The notes under the pieces are model-generated. The model saw nothing but the letters and a program-made list of their open reading frames with translations. It was not told the origin of the DNA and made no database searches. A stretch of DNA of 63,977 nt, counting the filler, from Octopus bimaculoides (lineage: Eukaryota): assembly GCF_001194135.2 (NCBI RefSeq). It is 5 parts of 5 records of this genome, joined end to end, with 100 filler letters (N's around TTAATTAATTAA, not from the genome) between each part and the next. Parts side by side here need not be neighbours in the genome. Positions count along the whole stretch, not along the records: positions 46,042 to 62,666 come from NC_068988.1; positions 62,767 to 63,977 come from NW_026365584.1; 3 more parts are not named here. One strand, given 5' to 3'. This document shows positions 62,250 through 63,977 of the stretch, in pieces (position 1 is the first letter of the stretch; every line of letters starts with the position of its first letter). The translations under genes and the position numbers were made by a program.

Positions 62250-62789
62250 GAAACGAAGGATTTCTCAATAGCTTTAAGCAGGATATAAAATATAATTTGA
62301 GCGGGGATGAGGTTAATAAGAACTTCATTGCTTCACCATGGGCCGGTTTCGTTAGTCAGTGATGTGGTTAGTAATTTTATTAAATATTCATCTGATGCCA
62401 TCCGACATTCCTTTAAGTTTCACGATTGCCCGAACAATCAAAAGAGTATTCTTTGCTTTGATTAGAATCCTACGTGGTCGCCTGATTACATTCTACACCA
62501 TGCATTAAGCGCTTAGCCTCCTGCTCGTTATGAACGCTACCTGGACATACATGCAGACAAACACACACATACACACATATGCGTGTATGCGTGTGTGTGC
62601 ATGTGTGTGCGTATGCGTGTGTGTATGCCTGTCTATGTATGTATATATATATATATATATATATATNNNNNNNNNNNNNNNNNNNNNNNNNNNNNNNNNN
62701 NNNNNNNNNNTTAATTAATTAANNNNNNNNNNNNNNNNNNNNNNNNNNNNNNNNNNNNNNNNNNNNGTATGATCCATGTTCATTTATGA

Positions 62790-63815
62790 TGTTTACCCAA
62801 CGTTTCTCTATGTCATGTATTCCATCTTTAAAAAAAACAATTCATCTTTTGCTGTGATAAACTGTCCGAATGGTTCAATTACCTCTTCTCTATTTAAGAA
62901 TGTTTTATTGCTTATGAAAAGCTCAAAATACTTAAATAAGTGATGATCAGTCGGAGAGATATCAGGGAAATGGGGAGGATGTTGCAAAATCTCATAATTC
63001 AGGCTTTGCAACTTTTGGACCGTAGCTTGAGGAGTGTGAGGACGTGCTTTGTCATGGAGCAAAATTGGGTCATCTCTGTTCACTGGTCTGGGTTGCTTTT
63101 TCTTCAAATTCTCATGCATACAATCATTTCCTGGCAATACGATGTTGCTGTTACCGTTTTTCCTTGTTGCAAAAATGAATAATGAATAACTCCCTTCGCA
63201 GACTACCATACAGTGACCACTTACTTTTTTAGGGTGCAATGGTGGGTTCGGGTAGTTTCTAGGTGACTCTCCTACCTCTAATCACTGTCCTGTTCTCCTG
63301 CTGTTGTCAGAGTATCCATTTCTCATCACAAGTAATGATTTGATGCAAAAATGGTCTTTTTCCAGTCGAGAAAGTAATAAGGAACACACTTCGGGGCGTC
63401 TGTTTTTTTAATCTCGTTCAGTTGATGTGGAACAAACCTATCCGTTTTCTTGACTTTTCCAATTTTTTACAGGTGTCCAAAAACAGTTGTGCGAGATGTT
63501 TGGAGTTCTGATGGAAGTTTTCGAACCTTTGTTCTCGGATTTTGTTCAACTAAAGCATTTAATCCACCATGCCGAATAACTGATTTTGGCCTACCCATTG
63601 GCCTATTTTCAAGGCTATCATCCCCTGAACGAAAGCTTTGGAACCATCTCTGAACAGTTCTGATGTCAACAAAACCATTACTAAGAGCCCACTTGATAAT
63701 CCGTAGAGCTTCTGCGGCAGAGTGACCCAGTTTGTACTCATACGAGAAAATCACTCAACATAGTTTGGTTGTCATCATTTTCATAAGGTCTGTGGGTACG
63801 AATTTTGTAAACTAA
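62790..63815 (-). mobile_element. Decayed mariner (Hsmar1/SETMAR-like transposase)
   Basis: EYKLGHSAAEA, TVQRWFQSFRSGDDSLE..P.GRP, IITCDEKW, LLHDKARPH and HPPHFPDISPTDHHLF, with frameshifts. Putative TIR end near 63815; the other end abuts the scaffold join. Confidence 0.88.
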
Positions 63816-63977
63816 TATTGTTAGGAAAGAAAAAAGTTAAGATTAAGTCCAAGGTATACATAATTTAGTTTTTAAATGACTGAAATAACAAGTAATTAAA
63901 AATGCGACATTACATGAGAAATGACCTATATAAATTATCTAACAAACTGAATTGCAGAAAATATAAATTATCTAACA

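Overview
AT-rich, microsatellite-dense eukaryotic genomic DNA, most likely octopus. This is inferred from the tRNA-derived SINE families, the (AT)/(AC)/(ATT)/(GATA) tracts and the receptor type, not from a database match. The assembly is gappy. Four identical 100-nt scaffold joins (N44-TTAATTAATTAA-N44) split the window into five blocks, and there is one Illumina adapter remnant. The only intact protein-coding genes are three class-B (secretin/adhesion/Methuselah-like, 7tm_2-type) GPCRs with uninterrupted CDSs, clustered within 18 kb of one block: 19833-21764 (+), 24505-26463 (+) and 35600-37519 (-). Each has a signal peptide and a Cys-rich ectodomain (SMB-like motif, YxNxxCAxC module, Methuselah-like juxtamembrane domain) and lacks a GPS motif. 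The two + strand genes are a ~3-kb tandem duplication with a mosaic pattern: 205-bp and 161-bp perfectly identical tracts flank an island of amino-acid changes at TM2-ECL1-TM3, while the ectodomains and flanks are diverged. A 71-bp near-exact copy of the third gene lies 2.4 kb away, fused to a SINE fragment. The rest is decayed mobile DNA: a Buster-type hAT, three mariners, a maT/Tc1-like element, Penelope-like, L1/Tx1-like, RTE and R4/Dong-like retroelements, SINEs and MITE-like fold-backs. Several hammerhead-ribozyme-like motifs, several snap-back palindromes at retroelement ends and a cluster of RFX X-box-like motifs are also present.
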